Below, piece by piece: positions 39,062-48,983 of a DNA stretch of 64,000 nucleotides (position 1 is its first letter; each line of letters starts with the position of its first letter). Below the pieces are notes generated by a model, which was not told the DNA's origin, did no database searches, and saw nothing but the letters and a program-made list of their open reading frames with translations. The DNA comes from Candidatus Iainarchaeum sp. GTDB taxonomy: Archaea; Iainarchaeota; Iainarchaeia; Iainarchaeales; VGJJ01. The translations under genes were made by a program, and so were the position numbers. Location: NCBI GenBank assembly GCA_043803765.1, contig JAZDJQ010000018.1:64001-128000 (forward strand), given 5' to 3'.

Positions 39062-39418
39062 TTGTTAGCGCAACGAAAAATAAGTAAGGAAGAACGCCCT
39101 AGAGGAAGAATGCTGGATAGCTATGTAAGGGGCCGATTGCTGAAAACCTCAACGGGAGATGATGACTTCGATGAATATGATATTCGTCGATTTATAAGTG
39201 GACCATCCAGCACTTATGATCGAAAAGTCAAACGCGAACAATATCTAGAAGCCGTGCGAAAAGCATTTGCAGAAAATCCGAAACGTGCGGAAGAAATTCG
39301 AAGAGCCATTTTAGATGCACACGATCGTGGAAAACCAGTAACCATAAACCGAGGGAAACCACCCAACAGATTTGTAACATTACGTCGCGCCATCAAACGC
39401 AGATACCGCGGAAAATAG
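39062..39418 (+). CDS. Hypothetical Arg-rich protein
   Basis: ORF downstream of tRNA-Pro; start uncertain (TTG 39062 or ATG 39110). Confidence 0.5.
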   Translation: MLAQRKISKEERPRGRMLDSYVRGRLLKTSTGDDDFDEYDIRRFISGPSSTYDRKVKREQYLEAVRKAFAENPKRAEEIRRAILDAHDRGKPVTINRGKPPNRFVTLRRAIKRRYRGK

Positions 39419-39486
39419 AACGGGTTTATTTTGAAAAAGAAAAATTCTCCTTAATTATTTAAGGTGATCGAAAAATCGTTCACAGA

Positions 39487-39810
39487 ATGGACCGTGAGTA
39501 TAATGTACAAGAATGGTTAGATGAAAAAAAGGAAAATATGGTTTTCGTCCGCTATGTTTTCCTTCCCAATTTTTCTAATATTGAACAATTTGCGGTCATT
39601 TATCTCACCAAAGAGGGCAAGAATTGGCGTGAAATAATCAAGATTGATGGTAATCCAGCCGAAGCCGTTCATATCCACGTTTCCTACTCTGACAAGGAAA
39701 AGAAGAACCTGCACAAACCCATCACCTGGGAAACAGTGGAGGAGGCGGTAGATCGTATAAAATCACATTGGCGTGAATATCTGCTCCAACACCAACAAGA
39801 AGGTTTATAA
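39487..39810 (+). CDS. Putative TumE-like toxin (inferred)
   Basis: FAVIY...W.EI.KID....HIH...W..Y pattern; sits upstream of an HTH partner. Confidence 0.55.
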   Translation: MDREYNVQEWLDEKKENMVFVRYVFLPNFSNIEQFAVIYLTKEGKNWREIIKIDGNPAEAVHIHVSYSDKEKKNLHKPITWETVEEAVDRIKSHWREYLLQHQQEGL

Positions 39811-39832
39811 CTTTCACCGTTATATTTGATTT

Positions 39833-40201
39833 ATGGCTATTCGAAAAGTGATCATAAAGGTCGGCGGGGACATGATGGGGGATCTCCGACAAAACTTGCA
39901 GAAACCAAATCGGAAATTGGCTGGCACACACACTATCTATATAAAAAATCTTGAAGAATTATTCCATCTGCTCACTCCCGAACGACTAAAATTGACCTGG
40001 GAACTCATAACAAATTCCGAAAAATATACTATTTGCGACCTTGCCGAAAAAACTCGCCGAAAGCAGGCGGCAGTGAGTCGGGATATTGGCATTCTACATC
40101 GGGCTGGGCTGATTGAAAAGAAAAAAGACAAGCAGAAAGTATATCCACGCACCACATTCAAGGAAATACTCATCCAATTCGCGGAACCCAGCCAGACATA
40201 A
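39833..40201 (+). CDS. HVO_A0114-like winged-HTH protein (putative antitoxin)
   Basis: LLTPERLKL...TICDLAEKTRRKQAAVSRDIGILHRAGLI. Confidence 0.75.
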   Translation: MAIRKVIIKVGGDMMGDLRQNLQKPNRKLAGTHTIYIKNLEELFHLLTPERLKLTWELITNSEKYTICDLAEKTRRKQAAVSRDIGILHRAGLIEKKKDKQKVYPRTTFKEILIQFAEPSQT

Positions 40202-40275
40202 TCACAACAATGGATGGGGTTGCTAAAAATATTAAAAAAAGGGCGATTCTACTACCACAAAAAAATATCCGAATA

Positions 40276-40782
40276 TCAATAGGCCCCAGCCAAAATCTTA
40301 TGGGATGACAACCGAATCCTTCCAACACCCGGAATCAACCGAGGCATGTTCGTGCCCGCAATACGACCTTTACGATCCACGTAAACATATTTGTATTTTC
40401 CCAAAAAACGCCTCAATTCAATATTATGCAGGGATTCATCCCCCAAACGCTTCCCTACTTCAAGAGTCGCTTGGCGGATCCCGGGAAAATGATAAGAATG
40501 AACTTTTCCAGCTCCAGATCCCATCACACTCAAGGAAATTGTAACTACTCGAGCTAATCTCTCCCTAAATGAAGGATTGGAAACGAAAGTTACCAGATTC
40601 GATGCCCCCAAACCGACGGACGCCGCAACCTTTGTCATTTGCTCCACGCCCCCCGTACGTCTTTTCTGTTCAAGTAATGCATCATACGTCTCTCTGTCCA
40701 CCCCTACCCCAAATGATAAAGGACCCGAGAACCGCGGACGACGGAAACGGTCAACCATTCGTTTAACGACTTTCCTAACCAT
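40276..40782 (-). CDS. Hypothetical basic protein
   Basis: 168-aa ORF with R/K-rich N-terminus. Confidence 0.6.
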   Translation of the reverse strand: MVRKVVKRMVDRFRRPRFSGPLSFGVGVDRETYDALLEQKRRTGGVEQMTKVAASVGLGASNLVTFVSNPSFRERLARVVTISLSVMGSGAGKVHSYHFPGIRQATLEVGKRLGDESLHNIELRRFLGKYKYVYVDRKGRIAGTNMPRLIPGVGRIRLSSHKILAGAY

Positions 40783-40799
40783 GCTTGGAAAAAGCCGAT

Positions 40800-40820
40800 T
40801 ATATATATATATATATATAT
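40800..40820. repeat. (AT)10 microsatellite
   Basis: TATATATATATATATATATAT, 18 bp upstream of ATG 40782. Confidence 0.95.
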
Positions 40821-41099
40821 CTTCCGTTCTGGCTGGCTTTGCCTGTAAAGTATAGAAAAAATAACTAAAACAATGGCAGGGTGCCCAATATCACGTCTAA
40901 TTTTTTTTATAATCCACTTTATGGGCAAAGCCGTTCCGGCTTTGGTGAAGTTTCAGAAAAGCAATCACCAGCATATCCTTTAACTTGGCAATGGATGAAC
41001 AACCAGTAATCAACCCCAATCCGACAATCAAAAATAAAGATTTTCAACTAGACCGATGGCAGACGTTTCCTTTTTAAAGCCCAAAATTTTGCAGGGAGT

Positions 41100-41549
41100 A
41101 TGACCTCCAAACGAGCCACTAAAACGAAAAAGAGACACGTCAAGAAACGCGCAGGGAAGGACAAACGAACTGAAATACATTCCGTGCATCATCCGGAACA
41201 CCGGGAAAGATATTACCGCGCCAAGCGGGCATTGCGCGCACTAAAGCAAGCAGTATGGAACCCAAAAGCAGTCATTCATTCGTATCGCACCCACATACCC
41301 GAAAAAATGTTGAAAGAAATACCCGAACAAGCACTAATTGAACACTGGGAGGCCATTGGCGAATTAAGAGGAAGAGGAATCGACGTACGCGCAACTAGGT
41401 CACAAAACGCACGACCCCACCTAACAAGAGAAATTGAAATAGACAATCCTGTTTCCTACCATGCGAGAAGCTTCGCCCAAAGACACGGCCTCATCCTGCG
41501 AGAAAGAAGGCACCCCATTCGAACAACGCTGGAACGGATGTTCGGATAA
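41100..41549 (+). CDS. Hypothetical Arg/Lys/His-rich protein
   Basis: 149-aa ORF with GGGAG SD. Confidence 0.6.
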   Translation: MTSKRATKTKKRHVKKRAGKDKRTEIHSVHHPEHRERYYRAKRALRALKQAVWNPKAVIHSYRTHIPEKMLKEIPEQALIEHWEAIGELRGRGIDVRATRSQNARPHLTREIEIDNPVSYHARSFAQRHGLILRERRHPIRTTLERMFG

Positions 41550-41605
41550 AAAAAACAACGTTGAGCGTCCTGCACGATTAAAAGCAATCACGCTCTCCAT
41601 TTCTT

Positions 41606-43450
41606 ATGCGATTTGAACCACTGGCTGAAGCATTCGACCGGATCGAAAAGACGGCAAAAAGACTGGACATGACGGAACAACTGGCAACGCTGTTCGAAAA
41701 AACAACAGTAGAAGACATGCCAAACGTAGTATATTTCCTACAAGGAAGACTTGCTCCTGCCTACGAGAACATCGAAACAGGACTGGGAGAGAAATTCGTT
41801 ATTCAAGCCATAGGAAAAGCAACCGGATACACGAAAGAGGACGTGGAAAAACGATTCAAAAAAACAGGGGATTTGGGAGAAACCGCCGCACAACTGGTAG
41901 AAAAAAAAACACAACAATCACTCATCCGACAAACACTCACCGTGAAAAAAGTACATGATAATTTCATGAAACTTGCCACTCAAACGGGAGAGGGAACACA
42001 GGAAATGAAAATACGATTCCTTGCAGAACTGCTCAATTCCGCATCTCCCAACGAGGGAAAATTTATCGTACGATTCGCACTAGGAGCATTACGATTAGGA
42101 GTAGGGGACCCTACATTAATGGATGCCATGGCACAGGTTCACTTGAACGAATACATAGGAAAAAACCCCAAAATAGTAGAGGAGATTGAAGAAAAAGAAA
42201 GCAAGAAAAAACCAGAGGAAATACAGCGCAAAATAAGACTCAAAATGAGAGAAATGATCGAGGCAAAATACAATATCCACTCCGACTTGGGACATATCGG
42301 AATGCTGCTTGCCGCACACGGATTGAAAGGGATAGACAAAATAGGAATAGAACCCGGCGTCCCCATCCGCCCCACGTTGGCGGAACGCCTTCCGCTATCA
42401 AAAGAAATAATTGAAAAACTAGGAAAATGCATCGTGGAAAGCAAATATGATGGATTTAGACTGCAAGTTCATAAAAAAGGAAAAAAAGTGTGGGTTTTTT
42501 CACGCAACCTAGAAAACATGTCGGATATGTTCCCTGAAATCGTGGAAGCCGCACAAAAACAACTGAAAGCGGATGATTGTATTGTAGAAGGAGAAGCACT
42601 TGCCGTGAACGAGGAAACAGGAGAATTCTTCCCATTCCAGGTTACCATTCAACGAAAAAGAAAATATGATATTGAAATGAAAGCAAAGGAATTACCACTC
42701 AAGTTATTCCTATTCGATATTATGTACAAAGACGGAAAAAATATTATGCCACTCCCATTCCATGAACGGAGAGAAAAACTCAAAAAAATAATTGAGAAAG
42801 GAGACACGATTGAATTAACAAATGCCATTATCACCGATAAAGAAAAAGAAGTGGATGCATTCTTCAATGAAAACGTTTCAGAAGGATTAGAAGGAATCAT
42901 GTGCAAGGACTTGAATGCACCCTACATTGCGGGAGCAAGAAAATTTGCTTGGATTAAACTCAAGAGGTCGTATAAGGGAGAATTGCAGGACTCGGTGGAT
43001 TTGGTGATTATAGGGTATTACAAAGGAAAAGGAAAACGCACCACGTTTGGATTGGGAGGATTGCTTGCCGCCGTATATGATGAAAAGAAGGACGAATTCA
43101 AATCCATCACACGCATCGGAACGGGTTTTTCAGAACAGGCATTGGGAGAATGGTATGAACGCCTCATGAAGCACAAAACCGACCACAAACCAGTACGAGT
43201 CGATAGCGAAGTAATCCCCCACCAGTGGGTAAAACCTGTTTTTGTGGTGGAAGTAAGAGCAGACGAAATAACCCAAAGCCCGATGCATACCGCAGGAAAA
43301 AAAGACAAAGACGACACAGGATACGCACTCCGATTCCCACGAATTATCAAATTACGAAACGATAAAGAACCCGAACAGGCAACAACAGTAAGAGAAATCA
43401 TCCGAATGTATGAAAACCAAAAACGAGTAAAAGTGGAGGAAAACAAATGA
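41606..43450 (+). CDS. lig: ATP-dependent DNA ligase
   Basis: KYDGFR adenylation motif, EGIMCK, WIKLK, LRFPR. Confidence 0.97.
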   Translation: MRFEPLAEAFDRIEKTAKRLDMTEQLATLFEKTTVEDMPNVVYFLQGRLAPAYENIETGLGEKFVIQAIGKATGYTKEDVEKRFKKTGDLGETAAQLVEKKTQQSLIRQTLTVKKVHDNFMKLATQTGEGTQEMKIRFLAELLNSASPNEGKFIVRFALGALRLGVGDPTLMDAMAQVHLNEYIGKNPKIVEEIEEKESKKKPEEIQRKIRLKMREMIEAKYNIHSDLGHIGMLLAAHGLKGIDKIGIEPGVPIRPTLAERLPLSKEIIEKLGKCIVESKYDGFRLQVHKKGKKVWVFSRNLENMSDMFPEIVEAAQKQLKADDCIVEGEALAVNEETGEFFPFQVTIQRKRKYDIEMKAKELPLKLFLFDIMYKDGKNIMPLPFHERREKLKKIIEKGDTIELTNAIITDKEKEVDAFFNENVSEGLEGIMCKDLNAPYIAGARKFAWIKLKRSYKGELQDSVDLVIIGYYKGKGKRTTFGLGGLLAAVYDEKKDEFKSITRIGTGFSEQALGEWYERLMKHKTDHKPVRVDSEVIPHQWVKPVFVVEVRADEITQSPMHTAGKKDKDDTGYALRFPRIIKLRNDKEPEQATTVREIIRMYENQKRVKVEENK

Positions 43451-43689
43451 GAAAACAATTCTTACTCGTGCTCGACCATTTCATACGAATTGCATTGTTC
43501 CTCATCGCAGCCGGACTCGTCATATCCTTCATTGTGGCGATTGACAATTTTTTGATAACACAACGATTGTACTTCCTCCGCACAGGAAACTGGGATGATT
43601 TAATCACGATTAGTGCATTTGGAATTTTGATTGCATATGTACTCAAACGATTACTCATCATGCAATACCGCTGGGGAGTGAAGCAATGA
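43447..43689 (+). CDS. Small two-TM membrane protein
   Basis: ATGA/ATG-coupled between lig and the next gene. Confidence 0.65.
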   Translation: MRKQFLLVLDHFIRIALFLIAAGLVISFIVAIDNFLITQRLYFLRTGNWDDLITISAFGILIAYVLKRLLIMQYRWGVKQ

Positions 43690-44666
43690 ACGTATTCAAA
43701 CTCCTTATTACCGCCATTATTGCCATCGCATTAGTAGGAATCATCTTCTTCGATTTTGCATCTTATTTTACGCAGAATGAAAACCTAAACGCGCACACTC
43801 GGACCGCACTACTCGAAGCTCAAGCCGATTTGGGAACAGCCAAAAACATTACCCTATCCGTAAAAAAAGAACAAACGCTCTACGCACGAAGTTTAGATGA
43901 ACCAACACGCACCGTGGCATTTGCTTGTTCAACCAGCGCATGCTGCTCAACATTCAACGAGTGCACACAACCATTATCCGTTACACCGGAACGAATGAAA
44001 GTAAATCAATCCATTCAAACAACGATTTCCGCGCGCTGTGAGAAAGAATCGGGAATACATATATGCAAAGTATATTTTGGAAAAGCACCCGCGCAGCTGC
44101 AACTCATTGAAACGAGCATTCCCAAAACTATTTCCATAGATGAAGACAACCAGCTTATTAGCACAATCACGGTGCAAAACACGGGAGAAGTAGCCGGCGG
44201 AGAAGGAAACATCGTGTTTGAATTAAAGGAAAACCAAATTTTTGCCGGAAAAGAAGAATGGGTAACAATTCATTCCCAAGAAGCAGCATTAGAGTCTATT
44301 CTCCCTAAAGAAAAAAAAGAATTCACCTTCACGGGAACCATTCCACAAAAAGGAAAATACCAAGTAGTCATTCACGCTACCGCTACTGAAAGCGGAAGCA
44401 TCAACCAAACATTTGATATCACCGCAACAGGAGAGGGAATTTCACTCTGCAAACAAGACTATTCCCAAAAAGAAAACCCAACGTTTGACGGAATATCCAA
44501 CAAATGCCAGCTCAAACGATTCTGCACCGGATGCCACTTTGCATATGAGTGCAAGGACGCATGGAGCAACGTTCCCATGACGGGGGGAGCATACTATGAT
44601 AACGATGGAAGCCAACCCAACTACGTGTATGTGTATTATGACCTTTTACCTAATGGAACATGCTAG
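43686..44666 (+). CDS. Pilin-like N-terminus, CARDB/Ig-like Cys-rich surface protein
   Basis: VFKLLITAIIAIAL N-terminus; TVQNTGE CARDB-like motif. Confidence 0.65.
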   Translation: MNVFKLLITAIIAIALVGIIFFDFASYFTQNENLNAHTRTALLEAQADLGTAKNITLSVKKEQTLYARSLDEPTRTVAFACSTSACCSTFNECTQPLSVTPERMKVNQSIQTTISARCEKESGIHICKVYFGKAPAQLQLIETSIPKTISIDEDNQLISTITVQNTGEVAGGEGNIVFELKENQIFAGKEEWVTIHSQEAALESILPKEKKEFTFTGTIPQKGKYQVVIHATATESGSINQTFDITATGEGISLCKQDYSQKENPTFDGISNKCQLKRFCTGCHFAYECKDAWSNVPMTGGAYYDNDGSQPNYVYVYYDLLPNGTC

Positions 44667-44675
44667 AAAAAAGGC

Positions 44676-45272
44676 CTAAATTTCTCCTCGCCCCCACCGT
44701 ACAAACTCATGAATCAACTCTCCATGAAAAAATTCAGGGTGAAACTGGAAACCCATTATTTTTTTGGTTGAATGAACCATTATTTCGTTTGGGTTTTGAT
44801 CGGAACACCCTATACGATTGAACCCTTTTGGAAGGGACACTTTGCTTTCATTAAGATGATAAAAAGAAAAAACATTACCCTCTTTTTTTCCCCTACCAAA
44901 CCAGGAAAAGGAGTTCTTCACCAAGCGCACGCGCATCATTCCAATCGAAGGCGTTTTGAGAGAAGATAATTTCCCACCGAAAACAAGCGACAACAGCTCA
45001 TGACCGGCACAAATACCCAATAATGGAACATTGGTTTTGTGCAACCAAGATAATTTTTTGGCATATTGTGTAAAATGATTATCGGCAAGCGGGCACCCGG
45101 AGAAAATAATCGCATCCACATTCTTCGCATTGCGCGGTGCTAATTTTGATAGTGAAACAACTTGAGTAGGAAAACCCACACTGCGCTGAATCGGCCAGAC
45201 AAACTCACGACGGGATAAGATGTCATCCCGCGCCGCACAATTCACCACCAATACTACTCCAAAGTTAGTCAT
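44676..45272 (-). CDS. Class I glutamine amidotransferase
   Basis: LGICAGHE nucleophile elbow and QFHPE. Confidence 0.85.
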   Translation of the reverse strand: MTNFGVVLVVNCAARDDILSRREFVWPIQRSVGFPTQVVSLSKLAPRNAKNVDAIIFSGCPLADNHFTQYAKKLSWLHKTNVPLLGICAGHELLSLVFGGKLSSLKTPSIGMMRVRLVKNSFSWFGRGKKEGNVFSFYHLNESKVSLPKGFNRIGCSDQNPNEIMVHSTKKIMGFQFHPEFFHGELIHEFVRWGRGEI

Positions 45273-45991
45273 TTTCTTCCCTTCCTCTTTTTTTCAAGAG
45301 AAGCATCCCTTTTTTCTAGATGCGCCTTCAAAACATGACGCGTTCCCTGCAATCCTTTCCACTCATCTTTCCACTTTTCAATATGCACGCGTTTACTAAA
45401 AAGCGGGGCATCCAAAACAAGAGACTCGAACTCGCCTCCTTCCCCCGAGGGATTAATTCCAATTCGCGGGGAGTCCAACGCAAGGAGCTCCTCCACATTT
45501 TCAAGCGTAATCACTTTTCCCAACCAATTCTTTTCCAATCCCTTTGCCGCAACACGAACGAGCATGACTTCAAATCCTTGTATTACTAATTCGTGCCAAT
45601 GCGCACGAGGAGGAGACAACCAGAGAGGATTGAAACAGGTTAAACCGATTTCATGGCACATTTTTTGAATACGAGAAGACTGATAGGAGGAATGAATAGC
45701 ACCGGTTATGATTCCCTGAATCCCTGCATTTTTCTTCAAATCAAGAAGCGCGTTTTTCAAATCCGCTACCTCGTTTTCTTTTTTCCCTTTCGAATACACG
45801 GTTACGAGGGGAATGTTCATACTCTCTGCTTGCAATGATGTCAGGGAAATGTTGGGCGTGTGATACATATAGGAATTATCATTTTGAGAGGAAACCGAAA
45901 CCAAACACACTATTTGATTTCCAGAACGATGAGCAAGATGGGTTGCGTACACGGAATCCTTTCCACCCGAAAACAAAACAGCAAGACGCAT
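45269..45991 (-). CDS. dph6: Diphthine--ammonia ligase
   Basis: FSGGKDS PP-loop, SYMYHTPN, S.YQ..RI, GEGGEFES. Confidence 0.9.
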   Translation of the reverse strand: MRLAVLFSGGKDSVYATHLAHRSGNQIVCLVSVSSQNDNSYMYHTPNISLTSLQAESMNIPLVTVYSKGKKENEVADLKNALLDLKKNAGIQGIITGAIHSSYQSSRIQKMCHEIGLTCFNPLWLSPPRAHWHELVIQGFEVMLVRVAAKGLEKNWLGKVITLENVEELLALDSPRIGINPSGEGGEFESLVLDAPLFSKRVHIEKWKDEWKGLQGTRHVLKAHLEKRDASLEKKRKGRK

Positions 45992-45992
45992 A

Positions 45993-46943
45993 TTATACTC
46001 CCATTGGGATTTGTTCGAGTATGGTTCGGGCACGCCCTGCCCTTTTCCCTTTTTGCATGGCCGCATCAACAGCAGACAAAAGAATGCCCGGCTTGGGATA
46101 GGACTTATCAAGGGATGCCTTTCCCATTACTGCTGCCGTAAATTGAACGGGATTATTCCATTGTTTAAGGGCAACATGATAAGCGCTTCCCTCTGGGTGA
46201 AACTGCTGAAGATTCTGCCGAAAAACACGTGTAGAAGTAATACGAGCAAATCGCACACGTAAAGAATCCATTATTTCTTTCGCTTTCGTTGGGGAAACGG
46301 GAAGAAAAAACTGATACTCTTCTCCGCCTACACGCCCTGAAAAACCACCATGCCTCGCACACACCTCAGCCAATTTCTCAGAGAAACGCATCAAAACAAA
46401 ATTACCGCTTTCCTGACCAAATTTCTTATTTATCTTTCCAAAATAATCCAAATCAATCATCCCCACTGAGAACGGTTGACGATTAGGCCGATTTAGGCGA
46501 CTATAAAGCAATGCATCAAATGCCTTTCGATTAAACACGGCAGGAGTACGGTCATGAACGAGACGCTCCTTTTTAGCAATTAGACGAATAGCGGATGCCT
46601 CTTTGAGAATATGACGATACTTTTCTACAACCGATTGTTGCACATCAAGTTTGAGTCGTTTAAAATCACGGCGAAAAGAAGGAGAATTAAAAATTCTCTG
46701 CGCATCCCGCGCACGACGCAGGGCGACATTCTCCGCAATATTAAAATCAAAAGGATTCGTAATAGCTGAACGACCCAAACGAGCAACCGAACGATGATGA
46801 GTATATCCCGTTATTGCCTTTCGAATAGGCAACGCTTGAACCGATTGAAAAGGAGACAATTGCTGAATAAGCTGCTGGCCAAGTAAACGCTCTGAATTGG
46901 TAGAAACGGACCTACGATGACGAGCATTTTTAGGAGGCATCAT
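45993..46943 (-). CDS. GGDEF-domain protein with basic N-terminal extension
   Basis: MIDLDYFGKINKKFGQESGN and RVGGEEY. Confidence 0.8.
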   Translation of the reverse strand: MMPPKNARHRRSVSTNSERLLGQQLIQQLSPFQSVQALPIRKAITGYTHHRSVARLGRSAITNPFDFNIAENVALRRARDAQRIFNSPSFRRDFKRLKLDVQQSVVEKYRHILKEASAIRLIAKKERLVHDRTPAVFNRKAFDALLYSRLNRPNRQPFSVGMIDLDYFGKINKKFGQESGNFVLMRFSEKLAEVCARHGGFSGRVGGEEYQFFLPVSPTKAKEIMDSLRVRFARITSTRVFRQNLQQFHPEGSAYHVALKQWNNPVQFTAAVMGKASLDKSYPKPGILLSAVDAAMQKGKRAGRARTILEQIPMGV

Positions 46944-46993
46944 GGAAACGGACGCATTCACCTATATAAATTCCAAACCATTCCCATGGTATA

Positions 46994-47911
46994 ATGAAAC
47001 CCATTATTATCGCATTTGGGGGAAATGCCCTCATCCGGGAGAATGAAATAGGGAATTATGCCCAACAAATACACAACTGCAGGGCGGCCGTAAAAGAACT
47101 CGTTCCCCTCATCAAAAAGGAAATCCCAATCGTAATTGTTCATGGAAACGGACCCCAAGTGGGAAATTTAGAAATACAAATGCATTCCACTAGAAAAATT
47201 CCAAGTATGCCATTAGATGTAGAAGTAGGGATGACACAAGGACAGATTGGCCATTTTCTAACAATGGGATTGAAACACTGGCTTCCAAATGTGGAGGCGG
47301 CTGCTATTTTGACCCATGTGGAAGTGGACAAGAAAGACACGGCATTTCGAGTACCAAGCAAACCCATTGGACCATGGGAAGATGAAAAACAAGCAATGCG
47401 TTGGAAAAAAGAAAGAATACATTACCTGTTTGACCCAAAAAAAGGGTATCGAAAAATGGTTGCCTCCCCGCAACCCAAAAAAATAATAGAAATAGAAACC
47501 ATACAACAATTATTGGATGCGCATTCCGTTGTGATTGCATGCGGAGGAGGAGGCATTCCCATTGTAAGAGAAAAAAAAGGATGGAAGGGAGTAGAAGCGG
47601 TGATTGACAAAGACCGAGCCGCACAAGTAGTAGCTAATACTCTTCACGCTGAAAAACTAGTCATTCTCACAAACGAAGAAAGAGCGTATCGGGATTTTTA
47701 CTCAAAAAAACCCATTCCATTAGAAAAACTCTCTCTTCACGAGGCACAAATACTATGGAAAAAAGGAGAATTTGGAGAAGGAAGCATGGCACCTAAAATA
47801 GAAGCCTGCATCCGATTCATTCAAAAAGGAGGAAAGACTGCCTACATTGGAAAAACAGGGAAAATGGAGAAGGTGATGCGTCATGAAACCGGAACTCGCA
47901 TTATACGATGA
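46994..47911 (+). CDS. arcC: Carbamate kinase
   Basis: AFGGNAL, HGNGPQVG, GGGGIP, VIDKD, GSMAPK. Confidence 0.95.
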   Translation: MKPIIIAFGGNALIRENEIGNYAQQIHNCRAAVKELVPLIKKEIPIVIVHGNGPQVGNLEIQMHSTRKIPSMPLDVEVGMTQGQIGHFLTMGLKHWLPNVEAAAILTHVEVDKKDTAFRVPSKPIGPWEDEKQAMRWKKERIHYLFDPKKGYRKMVASPQPKKIIEIETIQQLLDAHSVVIACGGGGIPIVREKKGWKGVEAVIDKDRAAQVVANTLHAEKLVILTNEERAYRDFYSKKPIPLEKLSLHEAQILWKKGEFGEGSMAPKIEACIRFIQKGGKTAYIGKTGKMEKVMRHETGTRIIR

Positions 47912-48881
47912 AATAGACCGCATACTTGAAACGAAAGAAATGCGCAAACTCAATGGAAAAGATTTTATCCAATTCGATGATGTAAATGCCCACCAAATAT
48001 TCATGCTATTCCAAATCGCCGAGCGAATGAAAACACTGCACGCACAAAAAAAACCATTACCCCCGCTCCTGAAACAAAAAACAATCGCATTATTATTCGA
48101 AAAACCCTCCACACGAACACGAGTATCGTTCGATGTTGGAATCAATTTGCTAGGCGGTCATTCCGTATTCATCGACAAACAATCCACCCAAATGGGAAGA
48201 GGAGAAGACTGGAAAGATACCGCCCACACCCTTTCCCAATACACGGACGCCATCATGGGAAGAGTATTTGAGCATAAAGAATTGGAACTCATGGCCGACT
48301 ATTCCCCTCACCCCGTAATTAATGGACTTACCAATGAAGACCACCCCTGCCAAACACTCTCTGATTTGTATACGATACACGAACACTACAAAGGATATCA
48401 CAACATTACGGTCATGTACGCAGGAGTAGCTAACAATGTAAGCAATTCACTCATGGTAGGGTGCGGAATGGTGGGAATCAACATGGATATTGTCTCACCC
48501 AAACCATTTCCTGTCTCACAGAAATATTACCGACTGGCCAAAAAATATTCCAAAAAAACAAACGTGGAAATACGCACGTTTACCTCGATGCCGGACAAAA
48601 AAACACTCAAAAATGTAAATATTGTATATACCGATGAATGGGAAAGCATGCACATGAAACTGGATAAGAAAAAAATACTCCCACTATTGAAACCACTACA
48701 AGTGAATGACAAACTGCTTAATCAATGCGCCCGCAATGTGAATGCCATGCACTGCCTCCCCGCAAAAAAAGGGGAAGAAATAACCGAAAACGTGATATAT
48801 GGAAAACGCAGCCTCATTTGGAAGCAAGCACAAAATAGAATGTGGACGCAAATGGCATTGATGAGTACCCTACTAAAGTAG
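47883..48881 (+). CDS. argF: Ornithine carbamoyltransferase
   Basis: STRTR, HPCQ, HCLP, QAQNR. Confidence 0.92.
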   Translation: MKPELALYDEIDRILETKEMRKLNGKDFIQFDDVNAHQIFMLFQIAERMKTLHAQKKPLPPLLKQKTIALLFEKPSTRTRVSFDVGINLLGGHSVFIDKQSTQMGRGEDWKDTAHTLSQYTDAIMGRVFEHKELELMADYSPHPVINGLTNEDHPCQTLSDLYTIHEHYKGYHNITVMYAGVANNVSNSLMVGCGMVGINMDIVSPKPFPVSQKYYRLAKKYSKKTNVEIRTFTSMPDKKTLKNVNIVYTDEWESMHMKLDKKKILPLLKPLQVNDKLLNQCARNVNAMHCLPAKKGEEITENVIYGKRSLIWKQAQNRMWTQMALMSTLLK

Positions 48882-48983
48882 ATTCGAATACTCCATATTA
48901 TTCTACTAAGAGATTCTTCATCCCAAAGTTCCCCCCACGTGCTTTTATACCCTTTTCTATTCCTCATAGAAAAGGGAAAAGAG

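Noticed and set aside
45992-46111. N-terminal extension of dph6
   Set aside because: It overlaps the GGDEF gene; the family starts at MRLAVLFSGGKDS (45991).
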